Shown piece by piece: positions 1 through 9,721 of a stretch of 64,000 nt of DNA. The notes under the pieces are model-generated. The model saw only the letters and a list, made by a program, of their open reading frames with translations, was not told where the DNA came from and searched no databases. Source of the DNA: a bacterium (GTDB taxonomy: Bacteria; Fidelibacterota; Fidelibacteria; Fidelibacterales; Fidelibacteraceae); contig OY781066.1 of the NCBI GenBank assembly GCA_963676395.1, forward strand, positions 1,664,001 to 1,728,000, written 5' to 3'. How positions within the stretch are numbered: the first letter of the stretch is position 1; each line of letters opens with the position of its first letter. Made by a program: the position numbers and the translations under genes.

Positions 1-319
1 AAACATCAAGAATGGGTTGTGTATACTTACTAAAGTCGACTGTCTTACCGTTTTCTTCTTTCTTGATAAAGGAAAAATTTAAATTACCGGGGTCGTGGAA
101 AACCGCACCACCTCCTGATAAGCGGCGTACTACGGTAATATTGTTTTCTTTTACATAATCCAGGTTAATCTCGGCCAATGAGTTTTGATGTTTACCTACA
201 ATAATACTGGGAGCATTGATGTAGAGGTAAAAGCAATCCTGGGACTTATGCTTAAGTAGGTATTCTTCCGTAGCAATATTAAATGCCGGATTATGGGTTT
301 TAGAGCGTATACATAACAT
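1..319 (-). CDS. lplA: Lipoate-protein ligase A (5' part; runs off the window)
   Basis: Manual translation MLCIRSKTHNPAFNIATEEYLL...IIVGKHQNSLAEIN...VVRRLSGGGAVFHDPGNLNFS; AGGAG RBS upstream. Confidence 0.92.
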   Translation of the reverse strand, partial: MLCIRSKTHNPAFNIATEEYLLKHKSQDCFYLYINAPSIIVGKHQNSLAEINLDYVKENNITVVRRLSGGGAVFHDPGNLNFSFIKKEENGKTVDFSKYTQPILDV

Positions 320-397
320 GAGTATCTCCTGTTAAACTACAGAAGTATAGCGAATAATATTGATCCATCGCTATTTATTATCAACTATTACTGTATT

Positions 398-2521
398 TTA
401 ACTTTTGTATGGTAAGGTTAACCAGAACGTTACACCTTCATCCTTTTTAGAATTAACTCCGATTTTTCCACCGTGAGCTTCAATAGCCATTTTGCAGAAA
501 GTAAGGCCAATGCCTGAGGAATAACTATGTTCACTGTGCCCCGTATAAATTTGACTATAAATATTAAAAATGGATTCCAATTTGTCTTTCGGGATATACT
601 CACCTGTATTGTATATCTTAATTCTGCAAACATTTCTTCCTTTATCCTTTATCAAATCAGCTGTGACTTGAATGAGGCCATTTTCATTTTTATATTTTGT
701 GGCATTGGAAATGATATTGGTTAAAACGCGGATGATCAATTTTTCATCCACTTTGATTATAAGGTTTTTGGGCACTTTGTTTTCAAATTTAATATTGTTT
801 AAATTAATTTGGAATTCATTTTGTTTGTATGCCTCTTTTACCAGTTCATCTAAAGGAGCTTCCTTTAAGTTGATCTCAAGACGGGTTTCTTCATATTTGT
901 TAACATCAAGAATGTTTTGTATCAGATTTTGCATTTCTTTACCTGAATGGTAAATGAGTTCTCTGGTGTTTTCATTGATCTCAGGTAATTGCATAAATCC
1001 GATAATATTGCTTAAAGGATTTTTAAGATCATGTACCATCATTTTGGTGATTTCTTTTTTGAATCGATCCAGATCAATAAGTTTTTTATTTGCCTGATTC
1101 AATACATCCGCTTGATTTTGGATCATATTGTTTTGTAGTGTGACTTCACTGTTAATTTTTTGAAGTTCCTGTGTGCGCTTTTCAACTATTTCTTCAAGTT
1201 CATCATTATGCTTTTCAAGTTTGTTGCTGAGCTTTTCTACCTGAATATGCGCCAGAGATGAATTTTTTGAAATAATAAATGCCTGTACGAATAATAAACT
1301 GATCAGCCCGAAGGGTAAAAGATATGTTGATTGGATGATCTCAAGATAAAAAAGTATATCGTTGAGCATAGTAAATAGCAATAAAAAAGATCCTGCGAAC
1401 AGTAAACCTGAATTTGGTATTTTTTGAATAAGCGCGCGGAGGATCAGTATGAAAATCCCAACGATCATATAAACGGCTACTACCAGGATGGCATAAGAGG
1501 CATAAGTAAAGATTCTTGCGGGAAAAAGCAGGATGATAAGACATAATATAGCTGCCATACCTTGCACGCTTTTCTGAAACCAGTTTGGAATATTATCTGG
1601 TATCATGTTTTTAAGAAATGCCATCAAATAAATTCCAAATAAGGGTATTGAAATATATTCAATGCGAACGGCTAGTTCCCATGGCATGGATGTTGCAAAG
1701 TTGATCATTAATTTTTCACCGGTGGTACTCATGCGGAATAGAACAAATATGGCCATCATACTGAAGTACGCAGAAGATTTATCTGATCGGCGATAATGAT
1801 ATAAGGTCAGATGATAAAGAATAAGAAGCGTTATAATGCCAATCATTAAAAATTCAATACCGATTCTTATGTTTTTTATTTTACTCAGCGAGCTACCTTG
1901 AGCAAATAGAATAGGTTCGGTTGCACCACCGTTTCTATGATGGAAGTTTGATATTTGCAGTATGACTTCAATGCGATTGTTTTCGGCAAAAAAGATAAAA
2001 TCTTTTCTTTGCCAGGATGGTTTCATTTCTTTCTTACTTTTGCCCACTTCACCGGCTCCGCCAAAGAATTTTCCGTTGATCCACATTGCAAAAGCTGTTT
2101 CAAATTCTTTGATTTTAAAACCATAAATATCCGGTTTGTTAACATCTATGAAAAATCGATAGGTTCCATATCCCATAGGGCCGACTTTTTTACCGTCAAC
2201 TTCTAGACCATTCCATTCAAGGGGGATGTGTTGATACACTGGCTTTGGAAGTTTTTCTGGATTCTTGAAATCTTCGGGTGTAAGTAATTGGTTCCAGTAG
2301 AATTCAACATCACCCTCCAACGTAGAATATTTCTGGACTGAAAAATCTATATTACTGTAATCAAAAACACCCTTATGTCCTTTGATGTGAATATCATTTT
2401 TATTCGGGTGAAGCTGGAGCGTATAATTAACTGAATTAATGATTATACTAAGAAGAACTAAACCAATTACTAATAAAGTATGGTTTTGTTTAAGCCATTT
2501 AAGGAATTGATTATCTTGCAT
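398..2521 (-). CDS. Membrane sensor histidine kinase (7TM-DISM-like input, HisKA, HATPase)
   Basis: Extracellular domain, about 7 TM helices, H-box VHDLKNPL, N-box NIISNATKY, G-boxes YNTGEYI and SGIGLTFCK. Confidence 0.88.
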   Translation of the reverse strand: MQDNQFLKWLKQNHTLLVIGLVLLSIIINSVNYTLQLHPNKNDIHIKGHKGVFDYSNIDFSVQKYSTLEGDVEFYWNQLLTPEDFKNPEKLPKPVYQHIPLEWNGLEVDGKKVGPMGYGTYRFFIDVNKPDIYGFKIKEFETAFAMWINGKFFGGAGEVGKSKKEMKPSWQRKDFIFFAENNRIEVILQISNFHHRNGGATEPILFAQGSSLSKIKNIRIGIEFLMIGIITLLILYHLTLYHYRRSDKSSAYFSMMAIFVLFRMSTTGEKLMINFATSMPWELAVRIEYISIPLFGIYLMAFLKNMIPDNIPNWFQKSVQGMAAILCLIILLFPARIFTYASYAILVVAVYMIVGIFILILRALIQKIPNSGLLFAGSFLLLFTMLNDILFYLEIIQSTYLLPFGLISLLFVQAFIISKNSSLAHIQVEKLSNKLEKHNDELEEIVEKRTQELQKINSEVTLQNNMIQNQADVLNQANKKLIDLDRFKKEITKMMVHDLKNPLSNIIGFMQLPEINENTRELIYHSGKEMQNLIQNILDVNKYEETRLEINLKEAPLDELVKEAYKQNEFQINLNNIKFENKVPKNLIIKVDEKLIIRVLTNIISNATKYKNENGLIQVTADLIKDKGRNVCRIKIYNTGEYIPKDKLESIFNIYSQIYTGHSEHSYSSGIGLTFCKMAIEAHGGKIGVNSKKDEGVTFWLTLPYKS

Positions 2522-2689
2522 TTAAATTAACTCTCTCATTCAATTCATTGCTACTTATCTCTCAATATAATAAGCTACTATGTATTGAGTTTATATGCAA
2601 TGGTAATCTGTAATTGAGAACCGCTTATCAATAACCATTTATCGGTGCTTCGTAGATATAGCTTGAAAATCTATTGATTATACTGTTTT

Positions 2690-3223
2690 TCAATTTTTAA
2701 TTCTACTGCTACTTGGCCTGGAACCGAACCACCAGGTGATAGCTGTTGTCAATAAGAACATGATCTGCGCAATGGTTTCACGGTACATGATAACCACTTC
2801 GGGAGCTGACAGGCTGTTTTCAATACCACCGGCAAAATGATGAAGGTTTATGGCGATAATGGTTCCGATCACCAGTAAGTATAGCGTGATGGTTGGACGC
2901 ATTAACCCACGAATTGCATCCACGATTTTAATCTTGCTGTTTTTGCTTTGTGTTTTTACGCTTTCTTTGAAAGCTTTGAGCTCTTCGAGATCTTTATCAA
3001 TAGTACCCTGAGTTTTGATACCTTCGATCTTTTTTTCTGCCAGCTCAAGTTCATGCCGGTACTTTAATTCGGTTTCGGCTTTTTTTAGTTCGGCCATTTT
3101 GAATTCATATTCTGATTTAATCTTGTGGTTTTTTCGCTCTTCACGCTTGGTTAGCCAGGAACCCAATAGTCCTATAACTGCACCAAAAGCTGATGAAGAC
3201 AATACTTGCATTAAAACGCCCAT
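2690..3223 (-). CDS. Membrane protein resembling 3TM (GTA-type) holins
   Basis: N-terminal hydrophobic helix, coiled coil, then RGLMRPTIT, two TM helices and a WWFGSR basic tail. Confidence 0.5.
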   Translation of the reverse strand: MGVLMQVLSSSAFGAVIGLLGSWLTKREERKNHKIKSEYEFKMAELKKAETELKYRHELELAEKKIEGIKTQGTIDKDLEELKAFKESVKTQSKNSKIKIVDAIRGLMRPTITLYLLVIGTIIAINLHHFAGGIENSLSAPEVVIMYRETIAQIMFLLTTAITWWFGSRPSSSRIKN

Positions 3224-3407
3224 GCTTACCTCTTGAGAAATATTTAATTAAATAATATAATGCTGATATTATAAAAGTAAATAATATATGAGATATATGC
3301 AAGAAATTTTTCGTGAGCATTAAGAGGTGCTAATAAAGTTTTGTTCCGAGATGTAGAAATCCATCGAGATAAAGATTTCCTATATAAGCGGGAAAAATAT
3401 ATAAAAT

Positions 3408-3436
3408 AAAAAACCCTGGAAGTTCCAGGGTTCTTT
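3408..3436. terminator. Intrinsic terminator downstream of the OsmC gene
   Basis: AACCCTGGAA-G-TTCCAGGGTT inverted repeat with A/T tracts. Confidence 0.75.
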
Positions 3437-3455
3437 AATGCCTTAAAGTGATTGT

Positions 3456-3887
3456 TTATTTAACAATTTCTTTAATAACGCTGGCGTTTATGATATTGTC
3501 AGCGATTGGGCAGCGTTTGGTAATTTTTTCAAGATAGGCTTCTTTTTCTGCATCTGTCATGTCTGCATCAATTTTAACAAAAGCGCGAATTTCAACAAAT
3601 CCTGCACGACCTTCTTCAGTTTTTCCAAGAAGGAAATCTTTATCAATGTCACCTTCAACATCAACTTCGATACCATTTACGGCGAGTCTTTCCTGGTTGG
3701 CGATAATACGTCCAATTGCACAAATACATCCAGGAAGTGAAGATAAGAAAATTTCCATGGGGTTAGGGCCTAAGCCTTCACCGCCCATTGCTACAGGTTG
3801 GTCAATGATGAATTCATGTGAACAGTTTACAACGGTTTTAAATCCTTTGCCAATTTTGGCGCCAAGTTTCATGGTAGTTACTGCCAT
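3456..3887 (-). CDS. OsmC/Ohr family protein
   Basis: DQPVAMGGEGLGPNPME, LPGC and KRCPIA motifs. Confidence 0.9.
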   Translation of the reverse strand: MAVTTMKLGAKIGKGFKTVVNCSHEFIIDQPVAMGGEGLGPNPMEIFLSSLPGCICAIGRIIANQERLAVNGIEVDVEGDIDKDFLLGKTEEGRAGFVEIRAFVKIDADMTDAEKEAYLEKITKRCPIADNIINASVIKEIVK

Positions 3888-4282
3888 TTTTTTCCCTTTA
3901 TTTTAGGTTGTTTATTGAAAAGAACGTGAATTATATGATAAAAATCACATAAATCAAAATGATATATAATAAATATTTAGTTAAGACAGAGCAATTCTCA
4001 ATTGAGTCGTAATTTGTTTGTTTTATTTTAAGAATATACTCAAATAAAGGATCCATTGCTGTTTGTTATATTAAGGATTTTGGGATTTTATATTTCGAAA
4101 AAGATAGTCAAAATATCAAAAAATAAGCATTGATATTCGGTTCACTCAAAATATAGCTTAGTGTAAATAGTTAAGAAATTTGACTCAAATCATTGATATG
4201 GGAAAATTCTAGGGTCAACACAAACAAATACCCCGGAAGCGAGCAATGTATCGAGATACATTCCGGTACATGTAGGCATTTG

Positions 4283-4990
4283 TTAGATCAGTTTTTCACC
4301 GACCAATCCCACAACGAAACCCAGTATTGCGCCTAACGAGCTTAGATAATTTTTTTCTAATTTGCTTTCGGGGATAATATCCTGAATGAGTAAATATAGG
4401 ATACCACCAGCTGCAAATGTCATTAAGTATGAGGTCATGATGGGGTGATCACGAAGGAAAAAATGACCAATTAAGGCACCGGCGATCCCGGTAAAACTCA
4501 AGAAAAAGAAAATGATCAGGGTTTGTTTTGATGAAAATCCACTTTGAACCAGGTCTCTAAATGCATTAAATGCTTCGGGTAAATTCTGCAACCCAATAAA
4601 TATGGCCAGTAATGTCGCCATCTCATGATCCACGGCAAAAACAGAGCCTAGTGCAATGGATTCCGGAACAAAATCCATCATCATTGCCAGGAGCGTTGCG
4701 GTTTGTCCGCCCTTTTTTGATAGCTTTTGATCCAGAATCATAAATAAAATAGCACCTGTAAGAAAGGTGATGCATAAAGGTAGCCAGTTTAAAGTGCTTA
4801 AGCCTTTTGGTATTAATACAAGTGCCAATGCCGAAAGAATGATACCACCACCAAAAGACATAAAGGTATGTGTGATCTCATATTTTACCGGACTTTCTTG
4901 AATGTGATGATTGAAACTTCTTGCTAAAATACCGCCAATAAAGACAGTTATTCCTGCAAAACCCGAAAAAATAATTAATTCTGTTAACAT
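4283..4990 (-). CDS. ZIP family (ZupT/GufA-like) divalent cation transporter
   Basis: Multi-TM; DFVPESIALG, LQNLPEAF, FAAGGILYL..DIIPE. Confidence 0.82.
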   Translation of the reverse strand: MLTELIIFSGFAGITVFIGGILARSFNHHIQESPVKYEITHTFMSFGGGIILSALALVLIPKGLSTLNWLPLCITFLTGAILFMILDQKLSKKGGQTATLLAMMMDFVPESIALGSVFAVDHEMATLLAIFIGLQNLPEAFNAFRDLVQSGFSSKQTLIIFFFLSFTGIAGALIGHFFLRDHPIMTSYLMTFAAGGILYLLIQDIIPESKLEKNYLSSLGAILGFVVGLVGEKLI

Positions 4991-5011
4991 TATTTGTTTC
5001 CTATCAATGTT

Positions 5012-5293
5012 TTAACTACCGGCAAATGGTGTGCCTAAGATACCCAGCGCAAGTTCCATCCAGATCAAAATGAAGATCACAATGACCCCAATGATGACCG
5101 GGATGCGCCATTGGCTACTCTTTAATTTTATCGTCAGGAATTGCAGTAGCATCCCGAGCCCGAAGAGCATGAGGCCACCTATCATAAGATCAGCGATGCT
5201 CCAGCCTTCGCCCTCGCCGAATTGCGAGGCGATGTAGGGAATGAGCATGAGACCGTAAGAGCCGAGCAGTGTGAAAAAGGTTTTTTTCATCAT
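5012..5293 (-). CDS. Small 3-TM hypothetical membrane protein
   Basis: Hydrophobic ORF ending WMELALGILGTPFAGS; TTGTAA-17-TAATTT promoter-like motif directly upstream. Confidence 0.7.
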   Translation of the reverse strand: MMKKTFFTLLGSYGLMLIPYIASQFGEGEGWSIADLMIGGLMLFGLGMLLQFLTIKLKSSQWRIPVIIGVIVIFILIWMELALGILGTPFAGS

Positions 5294-5355
5294 GAGAAAA
5301 ATTAGGGGATTTTAAAGGGGTTTACAATATAAAATAGCCTGACATGTTGAACGAA

Positions 5356-5740
5356 GGGACTCCGCAAGGAGAATATATCGCTTGTCCCGCTTATCAATAC
5401 GACTTCATGAGTTTAATAGGGACTCCGTAAGGAGTGCAAGAAGAATATATCGCTTGTCCCGCTTATCAATACGACTTCATGAGTTCAAAAGGGACTCCGC
5501 AAGTAGTGCAAGAAGAATATATCGCTTGTCCCGTTCATCAATACGACTTCATGAGTTCAAAAGGGACTCCGCTAGGAGTCCAAGAAGAATATACCGCTTG
5601 TCCAGCTCATCAATACAATCTCATGAGTTCACCAGAGACTTCGCAAGGAGTGCCAGAAGAATATATCGCTTGTCCCGCTTATCAATACGACTTCATGAGC
5701 TTAAAAGGGACTCCGTAAGGAGTCCAAGAAGAATATACCG
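5356..5740 (+). repeat. Tandem array of 72-bp units, each with a REP-like hairpin GACTCC-GNNA-GGAGT
   Basis: Units start at 5356 (shortened), 5419, 5491, 5563, 5635 and 5707 (partial); consensus GGGACTCCGCAAGGAGTGCAAGAAGAATATATCGCTTGTCCCGCTTATCAATACGACTTCATGAGTTCAAAA. Confidence 0.95.
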
Positions 5741-5758
5741 CCTTATCACCCATACAAA

Positions 5759-5775
5759 CGACCCCGTAGGGGTCG
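5759..5775. repeat. REP-like palindrome at the tnpA 3' end
   Basis: CGACCCC-GTA-GGGGTCG; inverted copy at 6235-6251, direct copy at ~6526-6542. Confidence 0.9.
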
Positions 5776-5780
5776 AAGAA

Positions 5781-6217
5781 TTAATGTATATATTTCTCCT
5801 CAAACTCAACATTAAATTCTCTTAATAATCGTTTCGTCTCCTCAAAAGGATTTTCCTTTTTATGATGTTCCTCCTGATTTTTAATATATTTAATCAAATC
5901 GGGTATCGCCTCAGGAGTATATGTAAAAGCACCATAGCCTTCATTCCATCCTCTAAAATATGGAAAAATTTTCTTTTCAAGAATAAATGAAGCACTGGAA
6001 AGCTTGATGTCTTTTACTAAAGAGGAAAGAGAAAGAGTTGGGTGAAGCGAAATTAGAATATGGATATGATTGTTGTATCCACCCACTCTATAAACAAAGC
6101 ATTTTTTGTTCATTAGGGTTTTTGAGATATACTCGAAAAGACGTTCCCTGTTATTTTTGCTTATGCTGTTTTCCCAATTTTTGGTTTGGAATACGATTTA
6201 CGGGTATAGGTTTTCAT
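5781..6217 (-). pseudogene. tnpA: IS200/IS605-family (Y1 HUH, RAYT-like) transposase, frameshifted near the 5' end
   Basis: HUH motif HIH, LSSLVKDIKLSS, WNEGYGAFTY, catalytic YIKNQEEHH; ATG at 6217 (MKTYT) is out of frame with IVFQTKNWEN...ERLFEYISKTLMNKKC (span 437 nt, not a multiple of 3). Confidence 0.88.
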
Positions 6218-6234
6218 TTTCGTCCCTTATTCTT

Positions 6235-6300
6235 CGACCCCTACGGGGTCGGGGTTTTACTTTGTAACGTATATATTCTTCTTGCACTCCTTGCGGAGTC
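6235..6300 (-). repeat. Inverted REP pair upstream of tnpA
   Basis: CGACCCCTACGGGGTCG and TATATTCTTCTTGCACTCCTTGCGGAGTC, the reverse complements of the downstream motifs. Confidence 0.9.
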
Positions 6301-6433
6301 GTGAATATAAGCAGTTTTTTTTATCAAAATCGTTGTTATTCAAAAAACTGTGATGAACATCACGGAAAAGTAGAAATTTAATTTCCGAATGGATTAAAAA
6401 TGGAGATTCCATAGAAGCCTAAGAAGAACAAAT

Positions 6434-6570
6434 TGCTTGTCCCGTTCATCAATACGACTTCATGAGTTCAAAAGGGACTCCGCAAGGAGTCCAAGAAGAA
6501 TATACCGCCTTATCACCCATACAAACGACCCCGTAGGGGTCGAAGAATTATTGGATATATTTTACTTCAA
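6434..6570 (+). repeat. Direct duplicate of 5668-5783 plus the last codons of a second tnpA
   Basis: About 115-bp near-identical copy; the minus strand then reads EVKYIQ* versus EEKYIH* in the first tnpA. Confidence 0.85.
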
Positions 6571-6608
6571 CTTTAACCGTCATCTCAGTTTTTAATTTTA
6601 CCACGGGA

Positions 6609-6773
6609 TCAGACCTTCCCCGACTTGTTGTCTAAAGCGACCCAAAAACAGCTGCTGTTCTTTAGAATGCGATAGTGTGTTTCCGGAAGCGGCGGATTCG
6701 ACCAACCGACAAAAAAACCTGTCAACTGCTCGTTGTTGATCTTTGTGATATCATTGATGTATTCCAGTGCCAT
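6609..6773 (-). pseudogene. Truncated GNAT acetyltransferase (N-terminal 54 aa only)
   Basis: MALEYINDITKINNEQLTGFFVGWSNPPLPETHYRILKNSSCFWVALDNKSGKV*; the GFFVGWxNPPxPETH start is typical of a GNAT family, and the acetyl-CoA motif is missing. Confidence 0.65.
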
Positions 6774-6809
6774 TTTTATCTCTGTAATCTAATTGTTCTG
6801 CACCGTGAT

Positions 6810-8636
6810 TTAGCGCGGTGACAATAAAACCAGTCCCCATTTCTCTTTAACCGTTACCGCATCGTTAAAGGTTATGTCGGAAATCAGATCCTTACATTTT
6901 TTCATCTCAAGAGTGGATATGTCAAATTCATATTCATCATCCCCGTTATTGATCACAACAAAGATTGTCTCGTTCTTGTATTTGCGTCCAAAGATCAGGA
7001 CACCCTTGTCATCGTCGGTCAGCACGGTTTTGTACGAACCTATTTGCAGGGCTTTGTGCTCATTGCGAATAGCGATCAGTTTTTTATAATGATCGAGCAG
7101 ATCGTGGTTGACCGCCACCTTGTCCGGGGTGTGTTGGCTGCCATCGGGATTGCTAACTTCGTCGTCGTAATCAATATTGTCCCAGATCATAGGCTTGCGG
7201 CAGTCCGGGTCGTTGCCGCCCCACATGCCGGCCTCGTCGCCGTAGTAGATCATGGGCGCGCCCACATAGGTCATTTGCATGATGACGAACAATTTCTGCA
7301 GCGCAATGTCCTCCGCCTGTGGTTTTCGTGGAGAATAATCTGGATTATCGATGGGCTTGGACGCTCCGAAATAGTGACCCCAATCACGAAAATTACCAAT
7401 GCCGTTCTTGCGGTTTACAATATGCGAGCCAATGCGGTTGGCATCGTGCGAACCGAAGAGGTTCATCGAGACCTCCGCCACGCCCGCAGGATAGAGGTTC
7501 TGCGGTTCCTGCAGTTTTTTATCATACTCGCTGGCCATGATGCGGTTCTTGCCTTCATTGAAAAAGAATTCTGCGGAAGCGAAAGCGAAGTTGTAGTTCA
7601 TCTCCCCGTCGAATTCGTCACCCTGCATGTAGGGCTGCACTTGTTCCGGTGGGGCGATGATCTCGGCGGTCAAATAGGCCTCCGGATTGATAGACCGCAC
7701 TAGCTTGCGCCAATCTTTCCAGAAGGGATGCGCAATGCAGTAGGCCACATCCAGACGCCAACCGTCGATGCCGTGCCGTGTGCCCATGTCGCCGGGATTC
7801 ATCCAACGCCGGGTGGCGTTAAAAATGTAATCCTTCGGACCTGCGACGATGCCGTTCTCATCTTCGCGCAGTTCGGGCAGGGACTTCACGCCGAACCAGC
7901 CTTCATAATCGAAGCTCGTTCCTTTTTCCTTGTTGTTCCAGGATTTGATGATAAACCAGTCCTTATAGGGCGAGTTCTGCTGCTTCTCGATCACGTCCTG
8001 AAAGGCGAAGCTGTGCATGCCCATGTGATTGAAAACCCCGTCGAAAATGATCTTCATGCCGCGTTGGTGCACCTCATTGATCAATTTGAGCGCGAGTTTG
8101 TCGGCTTGGGTCCATATCCATGTAGAAGGATCCAAAGGATTTTCTTCGGCCATCAGTTGGCGATCACCCTCGGGGTCGGGACCAAAATTCGGGTCGATAT
8201 GATGATAGCTTTCGCCGTCGTATTTATGTAGGGAGGGAGACACGAAGACCGGATTCAGGTAAATGGCCGTAATGCCCAGATCCTGAAGATAGTCGAGTTT
8301 ATCAATGACACCCTGTAGGTCCCCGCCGTAGCGACGGCGCAGCAGGTGCTTCCACAGTTCCGGCTCGTCGTTAGTTTTTTCATAGTCCTGTAGTACATAC
8401 CAGTCAGATCCCCAGGGATGGATGTGCCATTCCTTAGGTGCATCCTGCGGGTCCGCGCCGAGAATATCTTTGACGGTCGGGTCATTGGACGGATCCCCGT
8501 TGTGGAAACGCTCCGGAAAAATTTGGTACCAAACGACGGATTTGGCCCATTGTGGGACGAATTCTTTGTTTTGCATGCTGCACCCTACATGAAGTAATGA
8601 GATGATTATTAAGGCAAGATAAACGGATTTTTTCAT
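6810..8636 (-). CDS. GH13 alpha-amylase / cyclomaltodextrinase-neopullulanase-like lipoprotein
   Basis: Likely start MKKSVYL with lipobox HVGC; WYQIFPERF, GGDLQG, DGVFNH, DGWRLDVA, AEI, SHD, YYGDE, DPDCR. Confidence 0.92.
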   Translation of the reverse strand: MKKSVYLALIIISLLHVGCSMQNKEFVPQWAKSVVWYQIFPERFHNGDPSNDPTVKDILGADPQDAPKEWHIHPWGSDWYVLQDYEKTNDEPELWKHLLRRRYGGDLQGVIDKLDYLQDLGITAIYLNPVFVSPSLHKYDGESYHHIDPNFGPDPEGDRQLMAEENPLDPSTWIWTQADKLALKLINEVHQRGMKIIFDGVFNHMGMHSFAFQDVIEKQQNSPYKDWFIIKSWNNKEKGTSFDYEGWFGVKSLPELREDENGIVAGPKDYIFNATRRWMNPGDMGTRHGIDGWRLDVAYCIAHPFWKDWRKLVRSINPEAYLTAEIIAPPEQVQPYMQGDEFDGEMNYNFAFASAEFFFNEGKNRIMASEYDKKLQEPQNLYPAGVAEVSMNLFGSHDANRIGSHIVNRKNGIGNFRDWGHYFGASKPIDNPDYSPRKPQAEDIALQKLFVIMQMTYVGAPMIYYGDEAGMWGGNDPDCRKPMIWDNIDYDDEVSNPDGSQHTPDKVAVNHDLLDHYKKLIAIRNEHKALQIGSYKTVLTDDDKGVLIFGRKYKNETIFVVINNGDDEYEFDISTLEMKKCKDLISDITFNDAVTVKEKWGLVLLSPR

Positions 8637-8881
8637 GATTTGATTCTTCCATTGTGTGATCTTTAAAAGAAAAGTAAGGAAATATGCTGATGAATGCAAT
8701 ATATATGGATGGATTGACGGGGAAATGAACACTGATGTTCACTCGCAGATTTTAGATCGATCAAATATTGACCCAGAAGTGTATGTCTAGGGAGTTGGAA
8801 TTTTGAGGAATAATTTGATCGCTTCCAATCAATTTTAGAGGTCTAGAAACCTGCCATTTTTTCTTGATTTAAGATTTTTTA

Positions 8882-9376
8882 CTAAGCGTTATCTATATTT
8901 TCAGGCAGTTCTAAGGCTGACACTCTTTTAAAGGATTTTGTAAGCAAATTATAGTATAATACGCCATAAATAATAGTAAAAATAACATCTAATCCTATAT
9001 ATGCGGGATTTGAGGCATCGAAGTCGGTCAACATCGATTCGCTTGCTGAAAGGACGATTATAACAAGAATCGCGAGTATACCCAAAAAGATCAAACCAAG
9101 TCTAAAACTGTAGACCCATGAGAGCGCAAAGTAGCGTTTAAAGAAATCTTTTTTATCACCTGAGGAATTTGCTTTAAAAATGGATTGCGACCCCCAAATG
9201 GTAATGATCAAATTGGCCCAAAACGGAAGGGAGATTATAAAATTCTCAGTATTGCTGGTATAAGTGGCGATGGTTAATACTATCATGTTTGCGAGAAAGT
9301 ATTTAAATCCTGCTTCATCGGTTAATTTTCCCTCAATAATACTTTTTTCCAATTCCTTAATGTTAAGCCAGAACAT
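8882..9376 (-). CDS. Hypothetical 4-TM membrane protein
   Basis: 164-aa ORF with four hydrophobic segments. Confidence 0.7.
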   Translation of the reverse strand: MFWLNIKELEKSIIEGKLTDEAGFKYFLANMIVLTIATYTSNTENFIISLPFWANLIITIWGSQSIFKANSSGDKKDFFKRYFALSWVYSFRLGLIFLGILAILVIIVLSASESMLTDFDASNPAYIGLDVIFTIIYGVLYYNLLTKSFKRVSALELPENIDNA

Positions 9377-9635
9377 AGAAACCCTTTGCTGTTTGTTATT
9401 ATTGTTAGTTGTCTCTTAAATACATAATAATATAGTGAAATTAGTACTGGTATAATACCCAAAATTAGTACAGGGGAGTAGTATTTTTAGGTAGAAGAAA
9501 AATAGGGAAGATGATATTGAAAAACAAGAAACGAGGGTGCGATGGGAGGAGGATATGCCTTCGTTAAAACTACCAACCTTGAGCTTCATCAAGGCATCGC
9601 GGCGGACAAGGAAGAGGAGATCGGGAGAGAAAAAC

Positions 9636-9675
9636 GATGAACGATAAATACGAAGAAGCTCCGTAGGAGCGACAT
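9636..9675. repeat. 40-bp REP-containing direct repeat (second copy 10456-10495)
   Basis: GATGAACGATAAATACGAAGAAGCTCCGTAGGAGCGACAT, 37/40 identical; contains the GCTCC-NNA-GGAGC hairpin. Confidence 0.85.
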
Positions 9676-9721
9676 ATCTGTAGAAGAAATTTCTTCATTG
9701 ATCATTGAATTGATTTTTTTT

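Noticed and set aside
2595..2685. Possible decayed lplA promoter/5' scar
   Set aside because: Only patchy similarity to 300-370; too weak to call without alignment statistics.
4215..4288. Integron attC site (ATCTAAC at the ZIP stop, followed by a hairpin)
   Set aside because: No complementary GTTRRRY box, the motif is not repeated after other genes, and no intI is present; it is better read as a REP-like hairpin.
5356..5740. CRISPR array
   Set aside because: Sequences between the hairpins are conserved rather than unique spacers, and no cas genes are present.
5382..5825. Repetitive plus-strand ORFs (147 and 94 aa)
   Set aside because: They are by-products of the 72-bp period (a multiple of 3); there is no RBS.
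7044..8231. Long antisense ORFs over GH13 (similar ones over the nitroreductase, metH and smc)
   Set aside because: They are shadow frames of well-supported genes and have no recognisable motifs.
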